DNA of 64,000 nt from an uncultured bacterium (GTDB taxonomy: Bacteria > Fidelibacterota > Marinisomatia > Marinisomatales > TCS56). A model generated the notes under the pieces. It was given only the letters and a program-made list of their open reading frames with translations. It had not been told where the DNA came from and did no database searches. Shown here in pieces: positions 53,440-62,843 of this stretch. The position numbers and the translations under genes were made by a program. The stretch is from assembly GCA_964628055.1 (NCBI GenBank), contig CAZVNL010000008.1, positions 4,233-68,232 of the forward strand. Direction: 5' to 3'. Position 1 is the stretch's first letter. Every line of letters starts with the position of its first letter.

Positions 53440-54390
53440 TTACAAGAATTGGGAAACGACTTCGGTGACTTCTTTAGCCGAAGACATAATATAAAAATGG
53501 ATACAGGGAACGTTATGCTCGAACAGTTCCTGGCACTGTTGTAGGGCCCAGTCAATCCCTACGTGGTAGACTTCTTCCGGAGAACGTCCGGTCACTGCCG
53601 AGGAAAGCTTTTCAGGGATATCCACGTAAAAATTCCTGGGGATGGTTTTCAGATGGATCGTGCGGGTCAATATTTTAATCCCTGGAATGATTGGCACGGT
53701 AACTCCCAAGGCGCGCACCTGCTCCACGAAATCGAAAAATACCTGGTTGTCGTAAAACATCTGAGTGACAATATATTCCGCACCGGCGTCCACCTTCTCT
53801 TTCAAGTAGCGTAAGTCCGTGACCAGGTTAGGGGCTTCGAAGTGCTTCTCCGGGTATCCCCCCACCCCGATGCAAAAGTCAGTGGGGTGAACGTCCACCA
53901 ACTCCTCTTCGAGATACTTCCCCTGGTTCATGGCCACAATTTGCTTCACCAAATCCACTGCATACTTGTTCTGGCTGCGATCCGGTCGGGCGGTGACCTC
54001 CTTCCTCAGATCGTCTCCCCGCACAGCCAATACATTGTGAATGCCCAAATAGTTCAGCTCGATGAGGGCATCTTCCGTCTCTTCCCGGCTGAACCCCCTG
54101 CAAAGGAGGTGCGGGACGGTCTCGATATTATAACGATTTTTAATGGCCGCGCTGAGACCAATCGTCCCCGGTCGCTTGCGCTTCACATGCTTCTTTACCG
54201 TGCCGTCGGGGAGTTCATCGTAATACACCTCGGCTGAACGACTGGTTAAATCGATAAAGGGCGGGTCAAACGGGATTAACTGATCCACCAGGGAGAACAC
54301 CTGATCAATACTCCCTCCCCGCTTGGGAGGAATGATCTCATAGCTGAACAGGGTCTGGTTGGCCTTAGCCAGGTAATCGATTATTTTCAT
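53440..54390 (-). CDS. metF: Methylenetetrahydrofolate reductase
   Basis: SYEIIPPKRG, VPHLLC, NVLAVRGD, GGYPEKH, KVDAGAEYIVTQMFYD, PIIPG and HFYIM motifs. Confidence 0.93.
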   Translation of the reverse strand: MKIIDYLAKANQTLFSYEIIPPKRGGSIDQVFSLVDQLIPFDPPFIDLTSRSAEVYYDELPDGTVKKHVKRKRPGTIGLSAAIKNRYNIETVPHLLCRGFSREETEDALIELNYLGIHNVLAVRGDDLRKEVTARPDRSQNKYAVDLVKQIVAMNQGKYLEEELVDVHPTDFCIGVGGYPEKHFEAPNLVTDLRYLKEKVDAGAEYIVTQMFYDNQVFFDFVEQVRALGVTVPIIPGIKILTRTIHLKTIPRNFYVDIPEKLSSAVTGRSPEEVYHVGIDWALQQCQELFEHNVPCIHFYIMSSAKEVTEVVSQFL

Positions 54391-54395
54391 TAGAA

Positions 54396-55043
54396 CTAAT
54401 TTACCTGTTTTTTAAGGGGAAGTAAAAAGGGGTTTTGTTCCCTTTCAAATCCCAAGGTGGTCTCCGGTCCGTGACCAGTATGGATTATGACTTGGGGGTT
54501 AACGGAGCGGAGCAACTTTACTAAAGATTTCTGCAATAGGGACCAGTCACCTCCCGGCAGATCGGTTCTACCCACCGACCCGTGAAACAGGGTATCCCCC
54601 ACGAATAAGTGATCTTCCACCAAAAAGCTCACCCCGCCGGGGGTGTGCCCCGGGGTTTCCAAAACTACGATGGTAAACGGGCCCAGGGTCAACACATCTT
54701 CCCCGTCGATCCAAACGTCCACTTCCGGCGGCTTCCCGGAAGCAATCCCTAAAAAGGAAGCCATCTCCGTAAAATGATCCAGGACGGGTTTTTCCCTACG
54801 ATGTAAATAGAAAGGGATGCGGTAACGATGGCGTAAGGCCTCCACCGCCGAGATATGGTCCAGATGGGCGTGGGTATTCAAAATGGCCAGGGGAACGCCC
54901 TGTACCTGGTCAACCATACCCATCAAGCGTTCCGCATCGTCTCCGGGATCAATAAACAGCAATTCCTGGTGAGTGTGAGCTACCAGCAGAAACGTATTTT
55001 CCTGGAAGGGGCCCGTAACGACGGTATGGACGGTAAGGCTCAA
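54396..55043 (-). CDS. MBL-fold metallo-hydrolase (glyoxalase II-like)
   Basis: GPFQENTFL, IDPG, THAHLDHI (HxHxDH), TPGHTPG, GDTLF.GSVGRTDLPGG and GHGP motifs. The probable TTG start at 55043 overlaps the upstream stop. Confidence 0.92.
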   Translation of the reverse strand: MSLTVHTVVTGPFQENTFLLVAHTHQELLFIDPGDDAERLMGMVDQVQGVPLAILNTHAHLDHISAVEALRHRYRIPFYLHRREKPVLDHFTEMASFLGIASGKPPEVDVWIDGEDVLTLGPFTIVVLETPGHTPGGVSFLVEDHLFVGDTLFHGSVGRTDLPGGDWSLLQKSLVKLLRSVNPQVIIHTGHGPETTLGFEREQNPFLLPLKKQVN

Positions 55044-56113
55044 ATATAAGAGAAGACGAGGTCCTGCAGGCACTGGATTTTATCCTCGTAGGAATGAGGA
55101 TAAAGGAACCATTCCGTGGCGGCAATACTGCTGAGGAGCGAGTTCCCGTCCTGGGGAGTAAAGCAGAAGCCTGAAATTTCGTGGTCATTACGCACGTTCA
55201 GGGTAGGTTCCACCACGACGGTCTGGTTGAGGATGCGTCCATAGTGGCCATGATCCCGGCCGAAAGAAAAGACTACACTGCTCATGTTTTTCTCGGTCAT
55301 GGCCACCAGGGGGTTCTGCTCCAGGCGCTCCTTCACCTGGGCGAGGCTGGTGGGCTCTTTCACTTTCAGATTAAACCAAAGTACGTGCATGTACTGACTG
55401 TTGATCTTCAGGGCCGAGGAAAACAGGTTCAGGTCAAATTTCATGGTACGGAAGAGGTCGACGGCGTCCTGGGCATGGTGGGTGCCGTAGGTTTCCGTGT
55501 GGTGACTTCCCACTTGAGGGGCGGGAATGAAAGACCCAGCCTGACTGATATCGTTGGCGCGTCGGATACAAACGAACCGGCCTTCTACCAAATTATCCGC
55601 CGGTTGGTCTTTCAAAGTTAGGGTGTGGGTAATACACGATAAGTTATGCGTATTACAGGAAACGATCTGAATAAATTGGTCTTCCCCGGGGACCAGGGCT
55701 TCGTCGTTGATGCGACGGGCGTATTTTTTTCCAAAGCCATTCTCACTCCCCTGGGCCATAAAGCCCTTCACTTTATCGGTAAACCGCTGGTAGAACTGTT
55801 CTTTATTCTTATGCCCGATCCCTTTGGGCGTGCAGTCGATTACCACGGAAGCGCGGGCGATGGCCTCTTCAGCCTCAAAATCCGGATCGGTGCCTAATTC
55901 CTGGAAGGTGGGGATGCGGTCTTCATAAGCCGCCAGGCGCGCTCCTCGCCTTTGGAGATCCTGCACCTTGGATGTATCACTCTTCAATGGTGTATTTTTA
56001 TGAAAGGTTACTTCGTCAATTCCCAGTTGGTCCCGGTAGTCAGCGAGTAATCCGATAAGGGGTTCCCCGATAGTACCGGTGCCAATAACATGGACAATTC
56101 TACGCTGTGGCAT
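55040..56113 (-). CDS. Archaeal-type (type II) glyceraldehyde-3-phosphate dehydrogenase homologue
   Basis: GTGTIG Rossmann motif, VVIDCTPKGIG, QGSE, catalytic VSCNTH, IRRAND, SHH and QYMH match the type II GAPDH motif series (DCTP.G.G, SCNTT, RR..D, SHH, MH). Confidence 0.75.
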   Translation of the reverse strand: MPQRRIVHVIGTGTIGEPLIGLLADYRDQLGIDEVTFHKNTPLKSDTSKVQDLQRRGARLAAYEDRIPTFQELGTDPDFEAEEAIARASVVIDCTPKGIGHKNKEQFYQRFTDKVKGFMAQGSENGFGKKYARRINDEALVPGEDQFIQIVSCNTHNLSCITHTLTLKDQPADNLVEGRFVCIRRANDISQAGSFIPAPQVGSHHTETYGTHHAQDAVDLFRTMKFDLNLFSSALKINSQYMHVLWFNLKVKEPTSLAQVKERLEQNPLVAMTEKNMSSVVFSFGRDHGHYGRILNQTVVVEPTLNVRNDHEISGFCFTPQDGNSLLSSIAATEWFLYPHSYEDKIQCLQDLVFSYI

Positions 56114-56127
56114 GATGACTCCTCAGG

Positions 56128-56256
56128 TTACGATTGCGAATCCCGACGGGACAAAAGTTCCTTCTCCACCTCAAACTGGTACACAAACCATCCGATGATT
56201 ACCCCCAGCACAATGATTAGAGCCGCGAGGAAGGAGGGAAAAAAGTCATACTTCAT
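56128..56256 (-). CDS. ccmD: Probable CcmD (heme exporter protein D), 42 aa
   Basis: Not in the ORF track. The ATG overlaps the ccmC 3' end and encodes MKYDFFPSFLAALIIVLGVIIGWFVYQFEVEKELLSRRDSQS: one TM helix plus a charged tail, in the position where ccmD normally lies. Confidence 0.65.
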   Translation of the reverse strand: MKYDFFPSFLAALIIVLGVIIGWFVYQFEVEKELLSRRDSQS

Positions 56257-56920
56257 TTTCTAACACCGCCTCTTTTAATCGGAGATTGTGGATTCGATAC
56301 CGGAGCATAAAGACATAGAGTAAGGTAAAGGTGATAAGGGAAAAGAAAAAAGGAATTAAGATTCTACCGGGTTGGGCGACCATTTCCACCTGGGGGTGGG
56401 ATTGTAACTCCGGGGTCCAGAATTTTACCGAAAAGAAGATAATGGGTACGTCCAAAAAGGCCAGAATCCCCACCACGGCGGCATACCGGGAGACGCGCTC
56501 GGGATGCCCCCCAAACTGGCGCAACATGAAGTAGCCAATGTAAATCAAAAACAAAATTAGAGTAGTGGTAAGGCGCGGCTCCCAGGTCCAGGCTTTGCCC
56601 CAGATGGGTTTGGCCCAGATGGGCCCGGTAATGAGGACCAGGCACACGAAGAGGGTGCCCAATTCCGCCGCAGCCAACCCCACGCGATCCCACCGGGGGT
56701 CCCTCTTGGCAAGATATAAAATACCGGCCACCATGACGATAAAATAGGAAAGAAAGCCCGTCCACGCCACAGGGACGTGAATGTAGAAAATCTTCTGGGC
56801 CCAGTGTTGTTCCGGGATCATTGGCGTGTAAAACAGGATGGCCAGGCAATCCACCATGATCATAATGACCAGGAGCCCCAGCCAGAGTCGGTTACGCCCT
56901 TGGGAAAGAAACTGCATCAT
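56246..56920 (-). CDS. ccmC: Cytochrome c biogenesis protein CcmC
   Basis: FYIHVP, WWD-type motif WAKPIWGKAWTWEPRLT and C-terminal His (SHPQ). Confidence 0.93.
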   Translation of the reverse strand: MMQFLSQGRNRLWLGLLVIMIMVDCLAILFYTPMIPEQHWAQKIFYIHVPVAWTGFLSYFIVMVAGILYLAKRDPRWDRVGLAAAELGTLFVCLVLITGPIWAKPIWGKAWTWEPRLTTTLILFLIYIGYFMLRQFGGHPERVSRYAAVVGILAFLDVPIIFFSVKFWTPELQSHPQVEMVAQPGRILIPFFFSLITFTLLYVFMLRYRIHNLRLKEAVLENEV

Positions 56921-57582
56921 TCTTCGGTAATGTGGTCAAAAATAGTGTATCCAATTAAACTAAATATTACAATAAAAGTAGCTAGGATGAGAACCCATAT
57001 TTGCCAGGTGGGAAAAGGTTTTTGCTGCATCCAACCGGTGGTGGCCTTCACCGCAGCGATCACTACCGGCGACACCAAGGGAAAAAGTAGTATGGGCAAT
57101 AACACTTCGCTCATTTTCGCCCGCATGGCCAGTCCCGAGACCAGACTCCCCACAACCATGATTCCCAGATTTCCTAAAAGCACCAGACCGGCACCCGTCA
57201 TGAGGTGGGGGGGCAAAGTCACGTCCAAGAACAGTAGAAATGGAGGTAGAATCACGATTTCCGTTAAACACAAAAACAGAAAACCGCTGAGCCACTTGGC
57301 CAGGAAGATCAAACCGCGATCCACGGGAGCGGCGATTATCATGGTGAAAGCGTCAAACTCCCGTTCGATGGCAAACATACGGTGCAGACCCAACACGGCG
57401 ATGAAAAGGATTAAAATCCAAAATAGGCCGGGGGCGAACTCACGAAACAGAGTAGGCGAAACGTTAAAGGCCAGGGAGAAGGTCAATATAACAGCCAGGG
57501 CAAAGGCCAGCATAGAGATAGAAACCTCCTTGGTGCGCAATTCAATGGTCAATTCTTTCTTCAGCAGGGTTAAAAACATCAA
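56917..57582 (-). CDS. ccmB: Heme exporter protein CcmB
   Basis: KKELTIELR, FAIEREFDAF, FLAKW and LLPILLFPL.SP motifs; six TM segments. Confidence 0.93.
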   Translation of the reverse strand: MMFLTLLKKELTIELRTKEVSISMLAFALAVILTFSLAFNVSPTLFREFAPGLFWILILFIAVLGLHRMFAIEREFDAFTMIIAAPVDRGLIFLAKWLSGFLFLCLTEIVILPPFLLFLDVTLPPHLMTGAGLVLLGNLGIMVVGSLVSGLAMRAKMSEVLLPILLFPLVSPVVIAAVKATTGWMQQKPFPTWQIWVLILATFIVIFSLIGYTIFDHITEE

Positions 57583-58277
57583 TTGACCATTAAATCCTGG
57601 TAGGCTTTACGCAGGGTTTCCTTCCCCGTTCCTTCTGTGTGTTCATCAACCATCAGGGCTCCTTGTTCCAGGATGAGTACGCGACTGCAGAAGGTCAGGA
57701 CCCATTCCAGATCATGGGCCACCATGAGGAGCGCCCGGTGGGGCGTGCGCCACTCCTTCAACAGGGATTCCACCAGTTTACTGCCCTGGGTGTCCAGACC
57801 GGTCAGGGGTTCATCAAAAAGTAGTAAGGTCCACGGTAACAGGTTTGCCAGGGCAACTTTCAGCCGTTGCAACATCCCCTGGGAATACACTCGAATGGGA
57901 TCTTTCCGCTGGGCGGTTAGTCCCACCCGATCCAGGGCGGCGGTAATCCTTGTTTGGTCGGGTTTTTCGCCGTGAAACGTGAGGGCAAAGGAGATATTTT
58001 CCCCCGCCGTCAGGGACGGATACAACCCGGGAGCGTGACCCAGATAGTGGATCCCCCGCCGGTCGAGAGCGCCGCCTTTGAAAATATTTTGTCCGCGAAA
58101 CAGGATTTTACCTCGATCCGGTGCGCTGATGCGTGCTAAAATTCTCAGCAGGGTGGACTTACCCACGCCATTGCGCCCCATGAGGCCCACCACCTCCCCT
58201 TCCCGAACCTGAAAAGAGAGATCCTCCAAGACCGGGCGGTGGTAAAAAGCTTTTCTTAAGTGATGTACAGTTAACAA
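57579..58277 (-). CDS. ccmA: Heme ABC exporter ATP-binding protein CcmA
   Basis: GRNGVGKST, YLGH, YSQGMLQR and LLFDEPLTGLD motifs; directly upstream of ccmB. Confidence 0.9.
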   Translation of the reverse strand: MLTVHHLRKAFYHRPVLEDLSFQVREGEVVGLMGRNGVGKSTLLRILARISAPDRGKILFRGQNIFKGGALDRRGIHYLGHAPGLYPSLTAGENISFALTFHGEKPDQTRITAALDRVGLTAQRKDPIRVYSQGMLQRLKVALANLLPWTLLLFDEPLTGLDTQGSKLVESLLKEWRTPHRALLMVAHDLEWVLTFCSRVLILEQGALMVDEHTEGTGKETLRKAYQDLMVN

Positions 58278-58286
58278 ATGAAAAGG

Positions 58287-58553
58287 TTATTTCTTCGGTT
58301 TCGACATCCTCTTGATTTGGCCAATGACCTGGGAGATTTCCTGTTTTAATTCTTCACGGTACTGCTGGTAGTCGGAGTGTTCCAGATTTCCGATCTCGTA
58401 CTCCATCTCCAGTTCCTTAATCTGGCGGTAGAGGAGAATCTTCCGCCGCTGAAGAGCATCTATGTCTTCCTCCTTGGTAGAGGGAAGCTCCCCACCGGTC
58501 TCTAAAAGGGGTTGCACAACAAACCATGCCAGGCCGACAAAAACCACGCTCAT
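58287..58553 (-). CDS. Small CcmI N-terminus-like membrane protein
   Basis: N-terminal TM (VVFVGLAWFVVQPLL), then YRQIKELEMEYEIGNL...Y...REEL, resembling the cytoplasmic segment of CcmI; lies between ccmF and ccmA. The start may be 6-7 codons upstream. Confidence 0.65.
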   Translation of the reverse strand: MSVVFVGLAWFVVQPLLETGGELPSTKEEDIDALQRRKILLYRQIKELEMEYEIGNLEHSDYQQYREELKQEISQVIGQIKRMSKPKK

Positions 58554-58585
58554 TAAGAGGTACTGAAATATTATGATATTCCCCC

Positions 58586-60556
58586 TTACAAGGCCTTCTG
58601 CCGGGCGGGCCAGAGGGCCACCAAGGTCCCAAAAACCAGGATGTAGCCCCCGATCCACACCCAAGTAACCAGGTGATTCAACATGAGTTTGAAATAGGCG
58701 GTCTCATGCTCCCCATCGATACCGGAGAAGACGGAGTAGATATCCAGATTCAGGGTTGTGTTGATATCCAATTCGCTATGGGGTTGGCGCCGGTCGGGAT
58801 TAGGATCACGGAAAAAGTAAACCCGCTTTTCCGGGTGGAGAATCGTTACCGTTTTCCCCTCCCGATCGGTGACCTGTAAATCAGCGATCCACGCCAGATG
58901 ATTGCTGCGTTCCTCGTTCCAAAGACGCCGCAAAGTAAACTGGTACTCACCCAGATGCTCGGTCTCCCCTACTTTCAAGGCCAGCTCCTTCTCCTGATCA
59001 AAGGTTGAACCGGCAAAGCCCACGAACATCAGGACAATTCCCAGGTGAACGATGTAGCCACCATAACGGCTGCGATTTTTCCTGAGCATTGAAAATAGGG
59101 CCTTAATTACGGTCTCTTGAAGGCGCTTTCTACGGGCCTGAATTCCCCGGTAGAACTCAATGATGATGGCCACCACCACAAACGTCGACAGGGAGAGGGC
59201 TATGAGGACGTAGCCCCCAATGCGGAACCAGAAAAGGACCACCCCGGTGAACAAGGCCGCAACCACGGGGATAGTGAAGTTCTTGACGAGTGTGGGGTTA
59301 GATGTGCGGCGCCAGGCGAGGAGGGGACCGATGCCCGTTAAGAAAAGGAGGATCAACCCAATGGGAACATTGACCTGGTTGAAGAAAGGTGCCCCCACGG
59401 TGATCTTGGTCCCCCGGACGGCCTCACTGAGTACCGGGAAAATCGTGCCCCAAAATACTGCAAAACACATGATCACGAAAATGACGTTATTGAAGAGAAA
59501 GCCACTTTCCCGAGAGGTAAAGGATTCCAGTCTCTTAGGAGAGCGCAATATAGTGCGGCGTTGAACGATTAAAGCCACCGAACCCACGGCTACGAAAAGG
59601 AGAAACACCAGGAAAATGGGCCCCAGGGAAGAAGCGGAGAAGGCGTGTACCGAGGACATGACACCACTCCGCGTGAGAAACGTGCCAAATAACGACAGGA
59701 CGAACGTGATGCTGATGAGAAGCATATTCCACACTTTCAGCATGTCCTTCTTTTCCTGAATGATGATGGAGTGGATCAAGGCCGTTCCCGTCAGCCAGGG
59801 CATAAAGGAAGCGTTCTCTACCGGGTCCCAGGCCCAGTAACCGCCCCAGCCCAATTCCTGATAAGCCCACCAACCCCCTAAAATAATGCCAATACTCAAC
59901 CACAACCAGGTGACCAAGGTCCAGCGGCGGATGGAGCGCACCCACAGGGACCCCGTGTCCTTGGTAATCAAGGCGGCGATGGCAAAAGCGAAGGGAATGG
60001 TAAAACCGACAAACCCCAGATAGAGCGTGGGAGGATGAAGGGCCATGGTGAAGTTCTGTAACAAGGGATTCAAGCCCAATCCGTTAGCCACCACGAAGTC
60101 AGCATCCGTGGGCTCGAAAGGATTAGAAACAAAATTGGTTAGAAACAGGAAAAAGAGTTCCACCCCCACCAATACTATAATAACCCAGGGCATGAGGGGG
60201 TTGTAGCGTTTACGGTTCTGGAGGATTACAATGATGATGTAAAGGGCTAAAACACATAGCCAGAAGAGTAGGGAGCCGGCCTGGCCCGCCCACCAGGCGG
60301 CAAATTTGAACATGGTGGGAGTCTCCAGGCTGGTGTAATGGGCCACGTAATCCACGTCGAAATTGCTTACCATCAATTCGTGGACCAGGTTCAGACCCGC
60401 AAGCAGACTGAGAATAGATCCGCCTAAGGCCAGGCGTTGCGAAGTTAAGTAGAGACGAAAATCCTTCACCCGCAGGTAATACACCATGACGATAAGGGTG
60501 AGAACGGCAAACCCGAAGGCCAGGGACTGAAATACACTCCCGGTAACGGGATTCAT
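58586..60556 (-). CDS. ccmF: Cytochrome c heme lyase CcmF
   Basis: WAGQAGSLLFW, GLNPLLQ, HPPTLY, WAYQELGWGGYWAWDPVENAS, SGVMSSVHAF and VHLG motifs. Confidence 0.97.
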   Translation of the reverse strand: MNPVTGSVFQSLAFGFAVLTLIVMVYYLRVKDFRLYLTSQRLALGGSILSLLAGLNLVHELMVSNFDVDYVAHYTSLETPTMFKFAAWWAGQAGSLLFWLCVLALYIIIVILQNRKRYNPLMPWVIIVLVGVELFFLFLTNFVSNPFEPTDADFVVANGLGLNPLLQNFTMALHPPTLYLGFVGFTIPFAFAIAALITKDTGSLWVRSIRRWTLVTWLWLSIGIILGGWWAYQELGWGGYWAWDPVENASFMPWLTGTALIHSIIIQEKKDMLKVWNMLLISITFVLSLFGTFLTRSGVMSSVHAFSASSLGPIFLVFLLFVAVGSVALIVQRRTILRSPKRLESFTSRESGFLFNNVIFVIMCFAVFWGTIFPVLSEAVRGTKITVGAPFFNQVNVPIGLILLFLTGIGPLLAWRRTSNPTLVKNFTIPVVAALFTGVVLFWFRIGGYVLIALSLSTFVVVAIIIEFYRGIQARRKRLQETVIKALFSMLRKNRSRYGGYIVHLGIVLMFVGFAGSTFDQEKELALKVGETEHLGEYQFTLRRLWNEERSNHLAWIADLQVTDREGKTVTILHPEKRVYFFRDPNPDRRQPHSELDINTTLNLDIYSVFSGIDGEHETAYFKLMLNHLVTWVWIGGYILVFGTLVALWPARQKAL

Positions 60557-60987
60557 TAATTCAGATCTTCTAAATTATAATCAGACTCATCGCGAATATC
60601 CCCTTCGTAACGCGAGGCACATTTCGTCTGGAGCATGTCCGCTTCAAACAGGCTATCTTCGAAAACGCCCTCCACGATAACTTCAGCGCCATCCTTAAAC
60701 AGGTCCGGGCGACTCCCCTTGTATCGCACCAAGAGGCTAGTATCCCCTTCCTGAAGTTGGAACGTAACCTCCTGCATATTGGTTTTCGAAATGTTAATGG
60801 AACCCTCTTTTACGAGGCCTCCCATGCGGATACGGCCTGCGTCTGTATCCTCTAAAAGGTCGTGGATGGAGAGGAATTTCACCATGGCCTGATCACTAGA
60901 GGGATTGGCGGAGACCCAGAAGATCCAAAAGGCCACCACGACAGCCACACCGACGAGGGCTATAATGAACTTATTTTGCGATGACAC
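60556..60987 (-). CDS. ccmE: Heme chaperone CcmE, CxxxY variant
   Basis: N-terminal TM, RMGGLV..GSI, RPDLFKDGAEVIVEG, and LQTKCASRY in place of LAKHDENY. Confidence 0.92.
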   Translation of the reverse strand: MSSQNKFIIALVGVAVVVAFWIFWVSANPSSDQAMVKFLSIHDLLEDTDAGRIRMGGLVKEGSINISKTNMQEVTFQLQEGDTSLLVRYKGSRPDLFKDGAEVIVEGVFEDSLFEADMLQTKCASRYEGDIRDESDYNLEDLN

Positions 60988-61015
60988 GATAGTGCTCCTT
61001 TATGATGGTTGTGAG

Positions 61016-62674
61016 CTAAAAAACGCTGGTTTCCTGCCATTCACCAAAGACGGATTTCATGGCGGTAACGATTTCCCCCAGGGTGGCATACGCGCGGGTA
61101 GCGATGATAATAGGGGGTATAATATTTTTTCCTTTGGCACACGCCTCGCAAATTTCTTTCAAAGCCACTTGAACGGCGGTGTTGTCCCGCTGGTTCCTTA
61201 ATTCTTGCACCGCTTGAACCTGCTTTCGTTCCACTTCCGGTCCAATTTCCAGGATGGGAATTTCTAGTTTTTCCTGCTCTTTTTCAAAAGCGTTCACGCC
61301 CACTACGAGGCGCGTTTTAGCATCGACCTTTTTTTGATACTCGGTGGCGGCGTGGGCTATCTCCCGCTGGAAAAATCCCTGTTGCAAAGCGGGGATAACC
61401 CCGCCTATTTCCTTAATCCGGCGAAAGTAATCTTCAGCCTGTTCTTCCAGGCGGTCGGTGAGACTCTCGATTAACCAAGCCCCCCCCAGGGGATCCGCTA
61501 CGCTGGCCACGCCCGTTTCGTAGGCGATGAGCTGCTGGGTGCGTAAGGCAATCTCCGCCGCTTTTTCCGTGGGTAAGGCCAGGGTCTCATCCATGGAATT
61601 GGTGTGTAACGATTGGGTGCCTCCCAGCACCGCTGCTAACGCCTGAAAAGCGGTGCGGGAGATGTTATTTTCCGGTTGTTGGGCGGTGAGGGAACACCCG
61701 GCTGTTTGGGTGTGGAAACGTAATTTCCAGGAGCGCGGGTCCTTGGCGCCGTAGGTTTCCTTCATATGGCGGGCCCAGATTCGTCGCGCGGCCCGGAACT
61801 TAGCGATCTCCTCAAAGAAATCCAGGTGGGAATTGAAGAAAAAAGAAAGCCGGGGAGCGAAATCATCCACCTTTAACCCAGCTTTTACAGCATACTCCAC
61901 GTAGGTGAAACCGTCGGCCAGGGTAAAGGCTAACTCCTGGGCAGCGGTGGAACCGGCTTCACGAATGTGGTAACCGCTGATGGAAATGGTATTGTACTTA
62001 GGCAGATGCTCGGTACAGAAAATCATCATGTCAGTGATGACGCGCATGGAAGGTTCGGGGGGGAAAATCCACTCCTTTTGGGCAATGAATTCCTTCAGGA
62101 TATCGTTTTGCAAGGTTCCCCGTAGGCGTTCAGAGGGGACGCCTTGTTTCTCGGCCGCTACGATGTAAAAGGCCAATAAAATGACCGCCGGACCGTTGAT
62201 GGTTTGGGAGACGGAGATCTCACCCAGGTCGATGCCCCGGAAGAGAGTTTCCATATCTTTAAGGGAGGCCACATTTACGCCGCATTTACCCACTTCACCC
62301 AGGGAGATGGCATGGTCGGGATCGTAGCCCATGAGGGTGGGCATGTCGTAGGCCACCGAAAGTCCCGTCTGTCCCTGCTTTAAGAGATAGTGATAGCGTT
62401 GGTTCGTCTCTTCGGGAGTACCAAAACCGGAAAACTGGCGCATGGTCCACAGCTTCCCCCGGTACATGTTGGGATGAATCCCCCGGGTATAAGGGTACTG
62501 CCCAGGGAAGCCCAATTTTTCCTGGTAGTCTTCCGCCGGTTCAGGGGGACAATACAATAGGTCAAGCTGATCCCCGCTAAGGGTATCAAAATTGTAGTCA
62601 CGGGTAGGGGCCGAGGCTACCTCCTTCCGCCACTGCTTTTCGGCCTCTTTAAAGAGACTCAACTGTTTGTTCAT
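61016..62674 (-). CDS. B12-dependent acyl-CoA mutase large (substrate-binding) subunit; isobutyryl-CoA mutase-like residues
   Basis: [53 protein letters not shown] and SLHTNSMDE motifs. No B12-binding domain is fused. Confidence 0.9.
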   Translation of the reverse strand: MNKQLSLFKEAEKQWRKEVASAPTRDYNFDTLSGDQLDLLYCPPEPAEDYQEKLGFPGQYPYTRGIHPNMYRGKLWTMRQFSGFGTPEETNQRYHYLLKQGQTGLSVAYDMPTLMGYDPDHAISLGEVGKCGVNVASLKDMETLFRGIDLGEISVSQTINGPAVILLAFYIVAAEKQGVPSERLRGTLQNDILKEFIAQKEWIFPPEPSMRVITDMMIFCTEHLPKYNTISISGYHIREAGSTAAQELAFTLADGFTYVEYAVKAGLKVDDFAPRLSFFFNSHLDFFEEIAKFRAARRIWARHMKETYGAKDPRSWKLRFHTQTAGCSLTAQQPENNISRTAFQALAAVLGGTQSLHTNSMDETLALPTEKAAEIALRTQQLIAYETGVASVADPLGGAWLIESLTDRLEEQAEDYFRRIKEIGGVIPALQQGFFQREIAHAATEYQKKVDAKTRLVVGVNAFEKEQEKLEIPILEIGPEVERKQVQAVQELRNQRDNTAVQVALKEICEACAKGKNIIPPIIIATRAYATLGEIVTAMKSVFGEWQETSVF

Positions 62675-62843
62675 GATGATTAGGCGTAATACGCTTCGAA
62701 TTGGAACGGGGAAGTTAAGAAAGGCAGAACAATTATTGGACTATTTTAAGTCCCTGAGTGGAGTTACTCCGATACAACGCCGAGGGAAGCGGAGAGAATC
62801 GTTAACCGTTGGTTTAGGCACGTAATTTAAGCAAATAAACGTT

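Noticed and set aside
62676-62825. 49-aa + strand ORF ([10 protein letters not shown]...) between the mutase and the hydrolase
   Set aside because: It starts head-to-head with the mutase start codon, has no SD or room for a promoter, and has no recognisable features.
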